DNA of 63,847 bases, the filler included, from Barthelona sp. PAP020 (taxonomy: Eukaryota): the NCBI GenBank assembly GCA_040182905.1. It is 21 parts of 21 records of this genome, joined end to end, with 100 filler letters (N's around TTAATTAATTAA, not from the genome) between each part and the next. Parts side by side here need not be neighbours in the genome. Positions count along the whole stretch, not along the records: positions 43,161 to 46,066 come from JARQWU010000780.1; positions 46,167 to 49,070 come from JARQWU010000781.1; positions 49,171 to 52,069 come from JARQWU010000782.1; positions 52,170 to 55,027 come from JARQWU010000783.1; 17 more parts are not named here. One strand, written 5' to 3'. Position 1 is the stretch's first letter; each line of letters opens with the position of its first letter. Below are positions 45,846 to 55,127 of the stretch, one piece after another. The notes under the pieces are model-generated. The model was not told the DNA's origin and did not search any database. It was given only the letters and a program-made list of their open reading frames with translations. A program made the position numbers and the translations under genes.

Positions 45846-46166
45846 CTTATGAAAAATTAAAAATTAAAAAAAATATAAAAAAAAAAATTAAAAAAAATTA
45901 TTTATATTTTAAGTTTTATAAAAAATTATTGTGTTTTTTTTTTCTTATTGTTTATATGCTGTATTCATAATTATTAGATATTTATGAGGTATGAGTTGTT
46001 CAGTGAACAACGAAACGAGTTAGCTTAAGGTTTGGGAAAAACTCACGTGGATTCAGATGCCTAAGTNNNNNNNNNNNNNNNNNNNNNNNNNNNNNNNNNN
46101 NNNNNNNNNNTTAATTAATTAANNNNNNNNNNNNNNNNNNNNNNNNNNNNNNNNNNNNNNNNNNNN

Positions 46167-46273
46167 GAGAACAATCAGACGAGCGTTCGCATATAAAATC
46201 CCTCAATTCCCCCACCCCCACGGATGGTTTAATGAAGTCATAAATAAAATAAAAAAATTTAACAACGGAAAAA
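46167..46273 (+). repeat. Repeat family C terminus (contig start)
   Basis: 107 bp identical by eye to the reverse complement of 54910-55016. Confidence 0.93.
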
Positions 46274-46488
46274 TATTTTTTCTTTCATATTTCTTTTTTA
46301 AGAACATACCACTCTTTACTTTCGTTCATTATTGGAGACTTCAAAGTGTTTTCTGCTCAAAAGTAAACAAACAGTTTTTTTCTTGTTCTATTTTTACACC
46401 AATTTTGTTAAAGCACAACAAAGTGAACAAAAAAAAAAAATCTTTTTACAAAATCAACAGCATAATAAATGTCCAGTCTTCACATGAA

Positions 46489-48756
46489 TTACAACTCTTC
46501 AGGATCATCTAATTCTTTTTCATTCAATTTCAAATTCTTTTTCTTTGATGAAGGAGAACCCAAATTGGATTCTAATTGCATAGCTTTGAAGTAATCAGAG
46601 CAAGCTTGATCGAAATCACGCATTTCAACATAACACCAAGCTCTATTGTGATAAGCATGAGAATTATCTGGTTGCAAAGCTAATATTTTATTATAATGCT
46701 CAATGGCCTTTTCATGGTCACCTACCATTGCACAAGCATACGCCAAGTTACTATGTGTACGAATATCATCAGGATTAAAGTCTAAACAAGCTTGATAATC
46801 TTGAATTGCCAAAGCATACTGCTCCAATTTTCTGCGAGCAAATCCACGTCCCGAATAAGCAGTAAAGGAATTACTTGTTGGAGATTCATCAATAATCCTA
46901 GTGTAATCATCTATTGCAAGACGAAACTTTTTCATGTTACGATAGCATAAACCTCTGGTGTAATAATATGCCAAATTTTTTGGATCTAATTCGATAGCCT
47001 TTGTAAAATCATTTAAAGCCTTGGTGTAATTTTTTAATTTGTCATAAACAATACCCCTGGCGTGATATGAGGAAGAATTCGAAGGGTTCATATCAATTGC
47101 TTTCGAATAGTCTTCAATTGCTTTATCTAATTGATTCAAACGTTCATATGTCGTCCCACGATTGTGAAAAGCAGCGGTTGAATTTGGATTGACGCTAATG
47201 GCTTTGTTATAATCATTAATGGCCAAATTCAACTGATTTAATCGATCATAAGCAAATGCTCTATTGTAAAGAGCTTTGAAATGAAGTGGTTCAATCTCCA
47301 AAGCTCTGGAATAATCTTGAATAGCAACTTCAAAATTTCCCAATTTTCTATGAGAAAAACCACGGTTATGGTAAAAATCAGCAGAATCAGGAGATATTTC
47401 AATGGCTTTATTGAAATCAGAAATGGCCTCTTCATACATGTCTAAACTATCAAATAAAATTCCGCGATTATACAGAGCAAATGAATTATTTGGTTCTATT
47501 TCTAATGCTTTGGTGTAATCCTCGATGGCTTCAGTAGATTTACCCAGTTTATCAAATGAAAAACCTCGATTGAAGTATGCTTTAAAGTGATTAGGGTTTA
47601 ATCTGATAGCTTTGGTATATTCAACAATTGCTTCGGTGAATTTACCCTCTCTTCGTAAATTTAAACCATTTTGATGGAATCTCTCATCAGTATCAAAATC
47701 ATCATTTTGGTTGGGTGAGTCAAGACTATTAATTTCAGGTTTAATATCAGGTTTTACAGGTAAAATCTGCAATTTAGACAATGAAGGAGATCCAACATTC
47801 AGAGGTGGAGGACGCTCATCAACATAGTTGCTCTTTAAATTTCGAGGTGGTGAAGCATGTCCATCCAATTTATCAGGAACAGCTTCTTCCATTATATTTG
47901 TTTGAGGTGATCTGACATCAGGAAGATCAATATCTGGTAAAGGGGGTGTTATCTTATCATTATCAATGATAGATAAATCAGAATCACCATCAATTACACT
48001 ATCAGCCACACTATTTGATGCATTCAGTGATATTTGCGACAAAGATCTCATTCTGATGTTATCATTTGTAGTAGACACAGGAGAAGTCATCAATTTGTCA
48101 TCAATCATCCCTTTTATTTTGTTTCTTATGTTGCTTAACACGGTATCTCGTGATCGATCACGATCTCGCATCTGAACACGGCGATGAGATAATCTTTTGG
48201 CTGGAGTGGATAAAACATTCGATGATCCATTGTTTAAAGCTAAATTATAATCGTCAATAGCCAAATAGAATTTATTATTTTGATTGTGTAAGGTTGCTCG
48301 TGCCAATGCAGCTCCTGAATGTCGACTGTCAAGGTTAATAACTGTGGAAAAATCATCGTATGCCTTTTTTACATTGCCAAGATGTGAATAAGCAAGACCT
48401 CTTTGATAAAGAACATCGACATCCTCAGGATAATACGATAAATATTCATTAAAATCATTCACAGCAAGTTCATATTGTCGTAATTCAACATAAGTTTCTG
48501 CTCTTAACCTCAACGATCTGTGATCTTCATCCAAATTATCTTGAATAGCATTTGTACAACGTTCTAATATATCAACAGGTTTTGTTACTCTACGATATAC
48601 ATATGAACGTTGATTTTTCTGATTCACAGGAGTTTTTCCTTTTGGTTGATTTGGAACTTCAAAAAATGCTCCCCAAATTTGATAATCTGAATCTAAAGCA
48701 ACAGGTGTTCCAACAAATTGTGTTGGCTGTGATTCAGAATGATTGGGAGTTTCCAT
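46489..48756 (-). CDS. Multi-TPR protein
   Basis: Many AYFNRG...AIEDYTKALEIEP TPR repeats in two blocks separated by a Pro/Ser-rich linker. Confidence 0.9.
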   Translation of the reverse strand: METPNHSESQPTQFVGTPVALDSDYQIWGAFFEVPNQPKGKTPVNQKNQRSYVYRRVTKPVDILERCTNAIQDNLDEDHRSLRLRAETYVELRQYELAVNDFNEYLSYYPEDVDVLYQRGLAYSHLGNVKKAYDDFSTVINLDSRHSGAALARATLHNQNNKFYLAIDDYNLALNNGSSNVLSTPAKRLSHRRVQMRDRDRSRDTVLSNIRNKIKGMIDDKLMTSPVSTTNDNIRMRSLSQISLNASNSVADSVIDGDSDLSIIDNDKITPPLPDIDLPDVRSPQTNIMEEAVPDKLDGHASPPRNLKSNYVDERPPPLNVGSPSLSKLQILPVKPDIKPEINSLDSPNQNDDFDTDERFHQNGLNLRREGKFTEAIVEYTKAIRLNPNHFKAYFNRGFSFDKLGKSTEAIEDYTKALEIEPNNSFALYNRGILFDSLDMYEEAISDFNKAIEISPDSADFYHNRGFSHRKLGNFEVAIQDYSRALEIEPLHFKALYNRAFAYDRLNQLNLAINDYNKAISVNPNSTAAFHNRGTTYERLNQLDKAIEDYSKAIDMNPSNSSSYHARGIVYDKLKNYTKALNDFTKAIELDPKNLAYYYTRGLCYRNMKKFRLAIDDYTRIIDESPTSNSFTAYSGRGFARRKLEQYALAIQDYQACLDFNPDDIRTHSNLAYACAMVGDHEKAIEHYNKILALQPDNSHAYHNRAWCYVEMRDFDQACSDYFKAMQLESNLGSPSSKKKNLKLNEKELDDPEEL

Positions 48757-48889
48757 AAAACAAAACAATCAAATTTTAAAAAAACTTAATTTGTTTTTAC
48801 CTCCAAAAAAAAAAGAAAACTGATCAACAACAAATCATAGTTTGAATCCTAAATTTATGGATATCCCGAAAGAGATAAAAATGTCAAAA

Positions 48890-49069
48890 TTAGTGAAGAT
48901 TAGGTCTAGTGGCTTTGAACTTGGTTGAGAAGTGCTTGGAAGAACCACGAACAACATGATGGGTAGCAGGGAAGCTAATAGAAGGGTTCATGAAGGCAGA
49001 AACTTGAGTTCTGTTAACATCTTCCTTCTTTAACAAACGTTCGACATTGAGGATTTGAATAACTTCGGG
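48890..49069 (-). CDS. RPL18A: 60S ribosomal protein L18a (eL20), C-terminus (5'-truncated)
   Basis: IQILNVE...ISFPATHHV...KFKATRPN matches the eL20 C-terminus. Confidence 0.8.
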   Translation of the reverse strand, partial: PEVIQILNVERLLKKEDVNRTQVSAFMNPSISFPATHHVVRGSSKHFSTKFKATRPNLH

Positions 49070-49170
49070 TNNNNNNNNNNNNNNNNNNNNNNNNNNNNNN
49101 NNNNNNNNNNNNNNTTAATTAATTAANNNNNNNNNNNNNNNNNNNNNNNNNNNNNNNNNNNNNNNNNNNN

Positions 49171-49639
49171 AATGTGTTTCAAAGTCGATTTGAATTGGCA
49201 AAACATAATCAGCCTTTAACGTTTGGGGCTTAAATGAAGAGTGAACTAGAGTTTCATCTAAATCTAAAACTAGGGTCTTTTTTTTGTTATTTTGTGTTTT
49301 TATTTGAGGTAAAAGAGGAATTAGTACAGGTTGAATCATTACATCATGTCCAACTACGGTAATTTTTGTAGGTGAAGGTAAAACTTCCGGTATCACACTA
49401 ACTTGTGTGACATCAGGACCAAGTAATTGATCATCTTCTTCATTACTCCCGCAACTTCCAAAACAAAAAAAAATTCGTTTGTACCATGGCAATGAAGAAT
49501 AGTTATCTAAAAATTAGCATAAAATCAATTTAAAAAAAAAACCTCCATTTGAAAAATCATCTGTTGACACTTGTGTAATGATGCGTGATGCATTTGATGA
49601 TGTAATTTTTGGATATTTTCCAGCAACAGCTTTGATCAT
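49171..49639 (-). CDS. CTD small phosphatase (SCP/CTDSP family); exon 1 49639-49543, 36-nt intron 49542-49507; 3'-truncated
   Basis: KKTLVLDLDETLVHSSF HAD motif. Exon 1 carries the family-typical IITQV and splices in frame via GTTTTT...GCTAATTTTTAG. Confidence 0.88.
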
Positions 49640-50081
49640 AATTTCAATAAATAAATGCTTTAGAATACGGACTAAATTATGGACATAAACAAAAATTATA
49701 GAAATTGTAAAATGAATTGTGATAAAAAACAATGAAGCGAAAAAAAAAAAAGATTTCTGTGAATATAATTTGAAAAAGAGTATTTGTTAATTGAGCAAAC
49801 ACTATAAAAATGGCTTTCAATTGAAAATTTAGTGAATGCCAATTTAATTTGCTTTTTTGTTTTTCTTTTGAATTATCCAATAAAAGTCCTCTTAACTTTC
49901 AAAGATTGGAATAGTTCATTGATTTGAAAAATATTAGACAAAAACATATTGGAAATTTGAAGGAATTTCATTTTTCAATAGTTTCAAATGTTAAACCTTT
50001 TGCTTTTTTTTTACTATTCTGATAGAAAATTAAAAATAGTTGTTTAAAACAAATTTTGAGGATGTATTTTGCTGATTCAAT

Positions 50082-51226
50082 TTGTCAACAAAGAATTTTT
50101 TTCAAAAGATGTTTTGGAAAATCGAACAGAGCAAAATTAGGATAATAGAAAGTATCATTGATAATTGGATGTTTGATTGTAAGTATTCACTGAATAATGA
50201 ATATTTTATCATTTGTAATCATAGAAGTGTTCAAATTTTTGATGCAAAAACTAAAGAATTAAAACATACCAATATCTATAATGATAACGTTGTTTGGAAT
50301 GTTGTTTTTTCACCAGATGGACAAATGTTTGCTACGTGTTCCAATGATGGTTCTATTGTTATATATAGTCTACAAAATTTCTCTATTTTGAGTGTTAAAA
50401 AAAACAACTATTCCACTTACTGCATTTGTTTTTCACCATGTTCTAGTTACATATATTCTGGTGATTCTAGTGGTACTATTAAAAAATGGGATATGAATAG
50501 TCCAATTTTCGTTTGGAAATCAAAACTTCATTCTGATTGGGTCTTAAAAGTTAAATTTTCAATGGATGGGAATTATTTTCTCAGTGGTGGAAAAGATGGT
50601 GATGTCAAATTGATTAACTCTAACAATTTTGCTGTTATTCAAACATTCGGGCAAGGTGGGGTTGTTAGAGCCATTGACTTCCATCCAACCAAAAGAATTG
50701 TTGTTGTTGGTGATTTGAGCAAAAGAGTTAAGTTTTGGAACATGGATAATGGGTCCCTTCTTCATACAATCAATGCAGGGGGCAGTGTATTTGCACTTCA
50801 TTTCTTAACACCCACTATTTTGCTTATCATGTCTGGTGATGGTTATGTTACATCATACAATGTTGATAGTTTTCAGAAGATTCAGAAGGTTTATTGTGGG
50901 TGTCCTGAAGACTTTTTTGCCTTTGACATATCACCAGACAAAAAAGAATTGGTTTGTGGAAGATGTCCCAACAACTCTATTAGGATATTTACCATCATTT
51001 CTTCTCCACATTAGTCTTTAGATCATGCTCAATGTTGAATTATCAATGAATGATGGTTATGTTTTGTCGAGTATTATTGAAACTAATGTAGACATTCAGA
51101 CCATCAAACTTTTAGTTGTTGCAGGCATCTTGATTAATGAAGGGATTTTAAAATGATTTTTGAGACATGTTGGGATTTGGTGGATATTAATGGGGTCAAT
51201 GGTTGTATTGATATATGGAGGACATA
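50082..51226 (+). pseudogene. WD40 family member with a broken CWDLVD module
   Basis: The WD40 ORF stops at TAG 51012-51014. Downstream frames read VELSMNDGYVLSSII...IKLLVVAGILINE and then MIFETCWDLVDINGVNG (two frameshifts). Confidence 0.85.
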
Positions 51227-51538
51227 AATACTGATCTATTTGTGTCAAAGCAGTGTTGTTTCACATTAAAGACAATATAAATATTTTTCACTTTTATTTT
51301 TTGTGCCTCCGGAGAAATTACAGAAAAAGATACTACTAAGCGCTGCAAGTAGTGGAAAGCAATATCAATTTGGACAACGAGATTAATGGAAAGCACAATC
51401 TATAAATTGAAACAATACTGCGGGCCAGATGGAAATTTTCAGTCAAAGAATTCTCTCATTTGATTTTACTTTTCATTTTAGAAGAGTTTTGAATCAAAGT
51501 TTCGCAAATTGAACACAAGCAGAGACATTTAAAGTGAA

Positions 51539-51928
51539 GTGTTCGTTGCAAAGCAGACCGATTTCATATAAAAGAAAGGCTAAATGTGTTTAAGGTTTCT
51601 TCTTGCAATTTCTGATATTAATGGGAATCAAAATTGAAAAGCTCAAGCAATAACACGGAATCTTACGAATTCTAAGAGATAGAAGCAAATAGATTAGGTC
51701 AACAAAGAATATCAAAGTGTCATAAAGAGAACACAAATAGATACATCTAAAGTGAATCAATGGGTTAAAGGAAAGTTACACTTTTCCTCAAATACCCAGC
51801 CCCATCTAAACCAAGAGTATTACTTTCTTTTTAAGAGTGTTCTGAACCATCCATACAAAAACGACCCAGTTGCAAGTACCCTCAAACTCTAATCGAGAAC
51901 AATAAAGGTCTTTATAAGCATTTATTAT
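51539..51928 (-). repeat. Dispersed repeat family B, near full length
   Basis: gtgttcgttgcaaagc...aaggtttcttcttgcaatttctgat...aagagtgttctgaaccatcc...gagaacaataaaggtctttataagcattt. Confidence 0.9.
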
Positions 51929-52170
51929 CAATTAATTTGGCAACAACAAAAATTTCACCGAAAGAAGACTCAAAGGAAGAACTAACCAAAATACTCCTGC
52001 ATATAAAGCTAATAATCCCATAAGAAAGAAAATTTTAAATCTGGAAAAGAGGAGATCAAAACAATAAGANNNNNNNNNNNNNNNNNNNNNNNNNNNNNNN
52101 NNNNNNNNNNNNNTTAATTAATTAANNNNNNNNNNNNNNNNNNNNNNNNNNNNNNNNNNNNNNNNNNNNT

Positions 52171-52416
52171 ACAGAGAGAAGAAACGCATATAAAAAAGCA
52201 CCTGTTATTGAAACAAATGAAAATGATAAAACTGGTGAAAATGAAGAGACAATAATGACTGAAAACAATAGCAATATCATTGAAGAGCATAACAACACAG
52301 AATTTATTAGAGTTATTGATAACAATGATGATTTAAGTACCTTACAAGATATCAATGCACATGATAATGATCAAGATGATAATGATCTTGATGATTTGTT
52401 GGATAAATTGAATTAA
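52171..52416 (+). CDS. Acidic Asn/Asp-rich C-terminal fragment (5'-truncated)
   Basis: The frame is open from the contig start and ends DLDDLLDKLN*. Confidence 0.55.
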   Translation, partial: TERRNAYKKAPVIETNENDKTGENEETIMTENNSNIIEEHNNTEFIRVIDNNDDLSTLQDINAHDNDQDDNDLDDLLDKLN

Positions 52417-52547
52417 TTCCCTTTTTTTTTTCATATTTTTGATTTGTTTATATTGTTTATACAAGAAAAGAATAAATTCCCAGAAAGCAACAAAGAATAA
52501 ATAATTGAAAGTGATTTTTTAATTTATTGTTTTTTTTATTTTGCATA

Positions 52548-53351
52548 ATGTCAACAAAAGGACCTCGAGCAATTCCTTGTTATATTTGTGGAAAAGAATT
52601 TTTCAAAAGTTCAATAGAAATACATATAACGCAATGTGCAGCTTTATGGGAAAAAAGAGAGAGCAAAAAACCTGCACATCTTCGTAAACCGATTCCACAG
52701 AGACCCGCTTCACTAGATAATGTTATTAGAGGAGTAAATAGCAATGATTCAAGACCCATTACGGTTGGAAGTGAAAATTCACCTTCATTTAATAACAATG
52801 ACCTTGAAGCTTACAGAATGGATGCAACTCAATCATTTACCCAAACGTTGGTTGAATGCCCTAATTGTGGAAGAAGATTTGGTGAAGACAGATTACCAAT
52901 ACATTTACGTTCTTGCAGACCAGAAAGACCATTAAAACCAAGAAAATCACCTTCTAAAAATTCTTCAACTGTTTCAGAATCTCCGAAAAAAGAAAGGATC
53001 TCTTCTAAGTCCACAACTAAAACTAGGCCTGTAACTCCTTCAAAGCCTTTAAACAAAAATAATAGTACAAAAGAAAAAAAACCGAATTCTTTATTGAGAA
53101 CACCTTCATTGTTGTCAGATAAGAAAGTTCCATCTTCTAGAAATTCCGAAGTCATTCCTGATCCCTCACCAGTAAGTAAGTTTCCCCAATCTTTACCTGC
53201 TCCTTCACCTGTTGCTCATATTTCTCAACATATTTTTCCAAAACTTGAAAAAGTTGATTCTGATCGAGCATTGTTTTGTCATAACTGTGGATCACAATTT
53301 TTAGATGATGCTCATTTTTGTCATATGTGTGGAACTAAGCGACATGAGTGA
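52548..53351 (+). CDS. C2HC zinc-finger protein (ZNF474/ZC2HC1-like) with C-terminal zinc ribbon
   Basis: CYICGKEF...IHITQC, CPNCGRRF...IHLRSC and FCHNCG...FCHMCG. Confidence 0.88.
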   Translation: MSTKGPRAIPCYICGKEFFKSSIEIHITQCAALWEKRESKKPAHLRKPIPQRPASLDNVIRGVNSNDSRPITVGSENSPSFNNNDLEAYRMDATQSFTQTLVECPNCGRRFGEDRLPIHLRSCRPERPLKPRKSPSKNSSTVSESPKKERISSKSTTKTRPVTPSKPLNKNNSTKEKKPNSLLRTPSLLSDKKVPSSRNSEVIPDPSPVSKFPQSLPAPSPVAHISQHIFPKLEKVDSDRALFCHNCGSQFLDDAHFCHMCGTKRHE

Positions 53352-53522
53352 ATTAGATAAATTGAATGTAGAGTGTATTTTTGTTGAGTTAGATGTCAAA
53401 TCAAAGAAGAAAAGCAACAGCAATTTATCTGACTAAATGAACCAAAGGAACAATATCCAAAAAAGCAATGACAAAATAATATTTCAGATTATAAGCATTA
53501 CCAACATTTGCACTGAATAATT

Positions 53523-54641
53523 TTACATTTCCCTTTCTTCTTTAGTGTCGGGACTAACAGATCTGTTTGGATCCTGTCTACGTAATCTCAGAACTGCTTG
53601 TAATTGAATATTAACCGAAGGTACGTGAAAACTACGACGCTCAATGATATAATCCCTTTTCAGAGGTATCGAAAAACATATATCAACAAACTTTCCAGCA
53701 TTGGTGATTCGACTCTTCAAATCTTGAAAGATTAATTGCATCTCCTCAGGATCATCACAACTCAAAATTTCTTCCTCTAAATATACAAATATAGCCACAG
53801 AAGCTCGAAACAAAATTTTAATCCCATCACACAACAGGATGTCCCAAATTCTAAAGAAAATTTCAGACGTGACAGAAGTGACAAAAAGCCCCATTAAAAA
53901 ATTGGGAACAACACCTTCAATAGGCAAACCAACTTCTTCTAAATGATTTATAAAACCTACCCCTAGTGTTGAAATAACTAAATCCTTGACCACTAATTGA
54001 TCAATTAAAACATCGGTTAAAGTCTCATCATAGTATCCAGCGGGTAGAATATTCTCGATCATTGATGAAAATAACCAAAATGCTTGTTCTTCATCTTTAA
54101 GAACAAGCAAAAAGATATAAACAATAAAATTAAGACTTTGAGTATATCCAATTGTTGGATTTTTTAAAGAATAGGCAAGAAGAATATTCTTGGCCTTCTC
54201 TGTAACATGTAACCTTGGAATGTCTCTATGTAATGGAAATGTACGAGGAAGGTCCTTTGCAATTTGCTCTAAACATGGTAAATTGGGATTTGATGAAATC
54301 CTAGTCAATAAATGGCAATAGTACCCTTCATTTTTTTGTAATTTTGCATAAGCACCAGATATTCTTAGCCAAACGCCTGCACGAAATTGAGGTGGAACGC
54401 CATTTCGTATTAATTGTCGTAAATATGCAGTTGGATGATGAAATGGCAAATAAATATTGGTCGAATCATGTTTTATCAATTGTTCTTCCAAATAATGTTC
54501 CCAAACAACAGATAACGACTTTATCAAATCAAAGTTTAACTGAGCATCTCTTTCCATATTTTCATTGGGGGTTTCAACAACAAATCCATAAATATCCCAA
54601 AATAGATTTTCAGTGTCGTCAATTTTGGTGAATAGTTTCAT
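53523..54641 (-). CDS. TBC-domain Rab GTPase-activating protein
   Basis: GVPPQFRAGVW, QIAKDLPRTFP (Arg finger), GYTQSLNF (Gln finger) and RIWD. Confidence 0.95.
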   Translation of the reverse strand: MKLFTKIDDTENLFWDIYGFVVETPNENMERDAQLNFDLIKSLSVVWEHYLEEQLIKHDSTNIYLPFHHPTAYLRQLIRNGVPPQFRAGVWLRISGAYAKLQKNEGYYCHLLTRISSNPNLPCLEQIAKDLPRTFPLHRDIPRLHVTEKAKNILLAYSLKNPTIGYTQSLNFIVYIFLLVLKDEEQAFWLFSSMIENILPAGYYDETLTDVLIDQLVVKDLVISTLGVGFINHLEEVGLPIEGVVPNFLMGLFVTSVTSEIFFRIWDILLCDGIKILFRASVAIFVYLEEEILSCDDPEEMQLIFQDLKSRITNAGKFVDICFSIPLKRDYIIERRSFHVPSVNIQLQAVLRLRRQDPNRSVSPDTKEEREM

Positions 54642-54909
54642 AAACTACCCCAAAATAACAGGAAAAAAAAAATTATCAGTTTAAGTCCCCCATTTATAAT
54701 TTAAGGAAGAATCTGTGTTTTTATATTATTTATATTCATTGGATTATTGAATGTATGATAAAAATTGATAGAATTCAAAATTGAAGGAGTTCAAATGACC
54801 TTTTTATTGGAAGAATTTAAACATACAAACATTTTTAAATCATTTAATTTAATTGAATTTTGGACAGAATGTAAAATTCCCTTGTTCAAGACAAACATTC
54901 CAGTTTCTT

Positions 54910-55027
54910 TTTTTCCGTTGTTAAATTTTTTTATTTTATTTATGACTTCATTAAACCATCCGTGGGGGTGGGGGAATTGAGGGATTTTATATGCGAACGC
55001 TCGTCTGATTGTTCTCATCGTCTGACG
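54910..55027 (-). repeat. Repeat family C terminus (contig end)
   Basis: Reverse complement of 46167-46273. Confidence 0.93.
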
Positions 55028-55127
55028 NNNNNNNNNNNNNNNNNNNNNNNNNNNNNNNNNNNNNNNNNNNNTTAATTAATTAANNNNNNNNNNNNNNNNN
55101 NNNNNNNNNNNNNNNNNNNNNNNNNNN

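Noticed and set aside
3003..51928. Physical association of repeats A, B and D with module-family genes
   Set aside because: Three of five family contigs carry a repeat, but so do about half of the other contigs; no enrichment can be shown.
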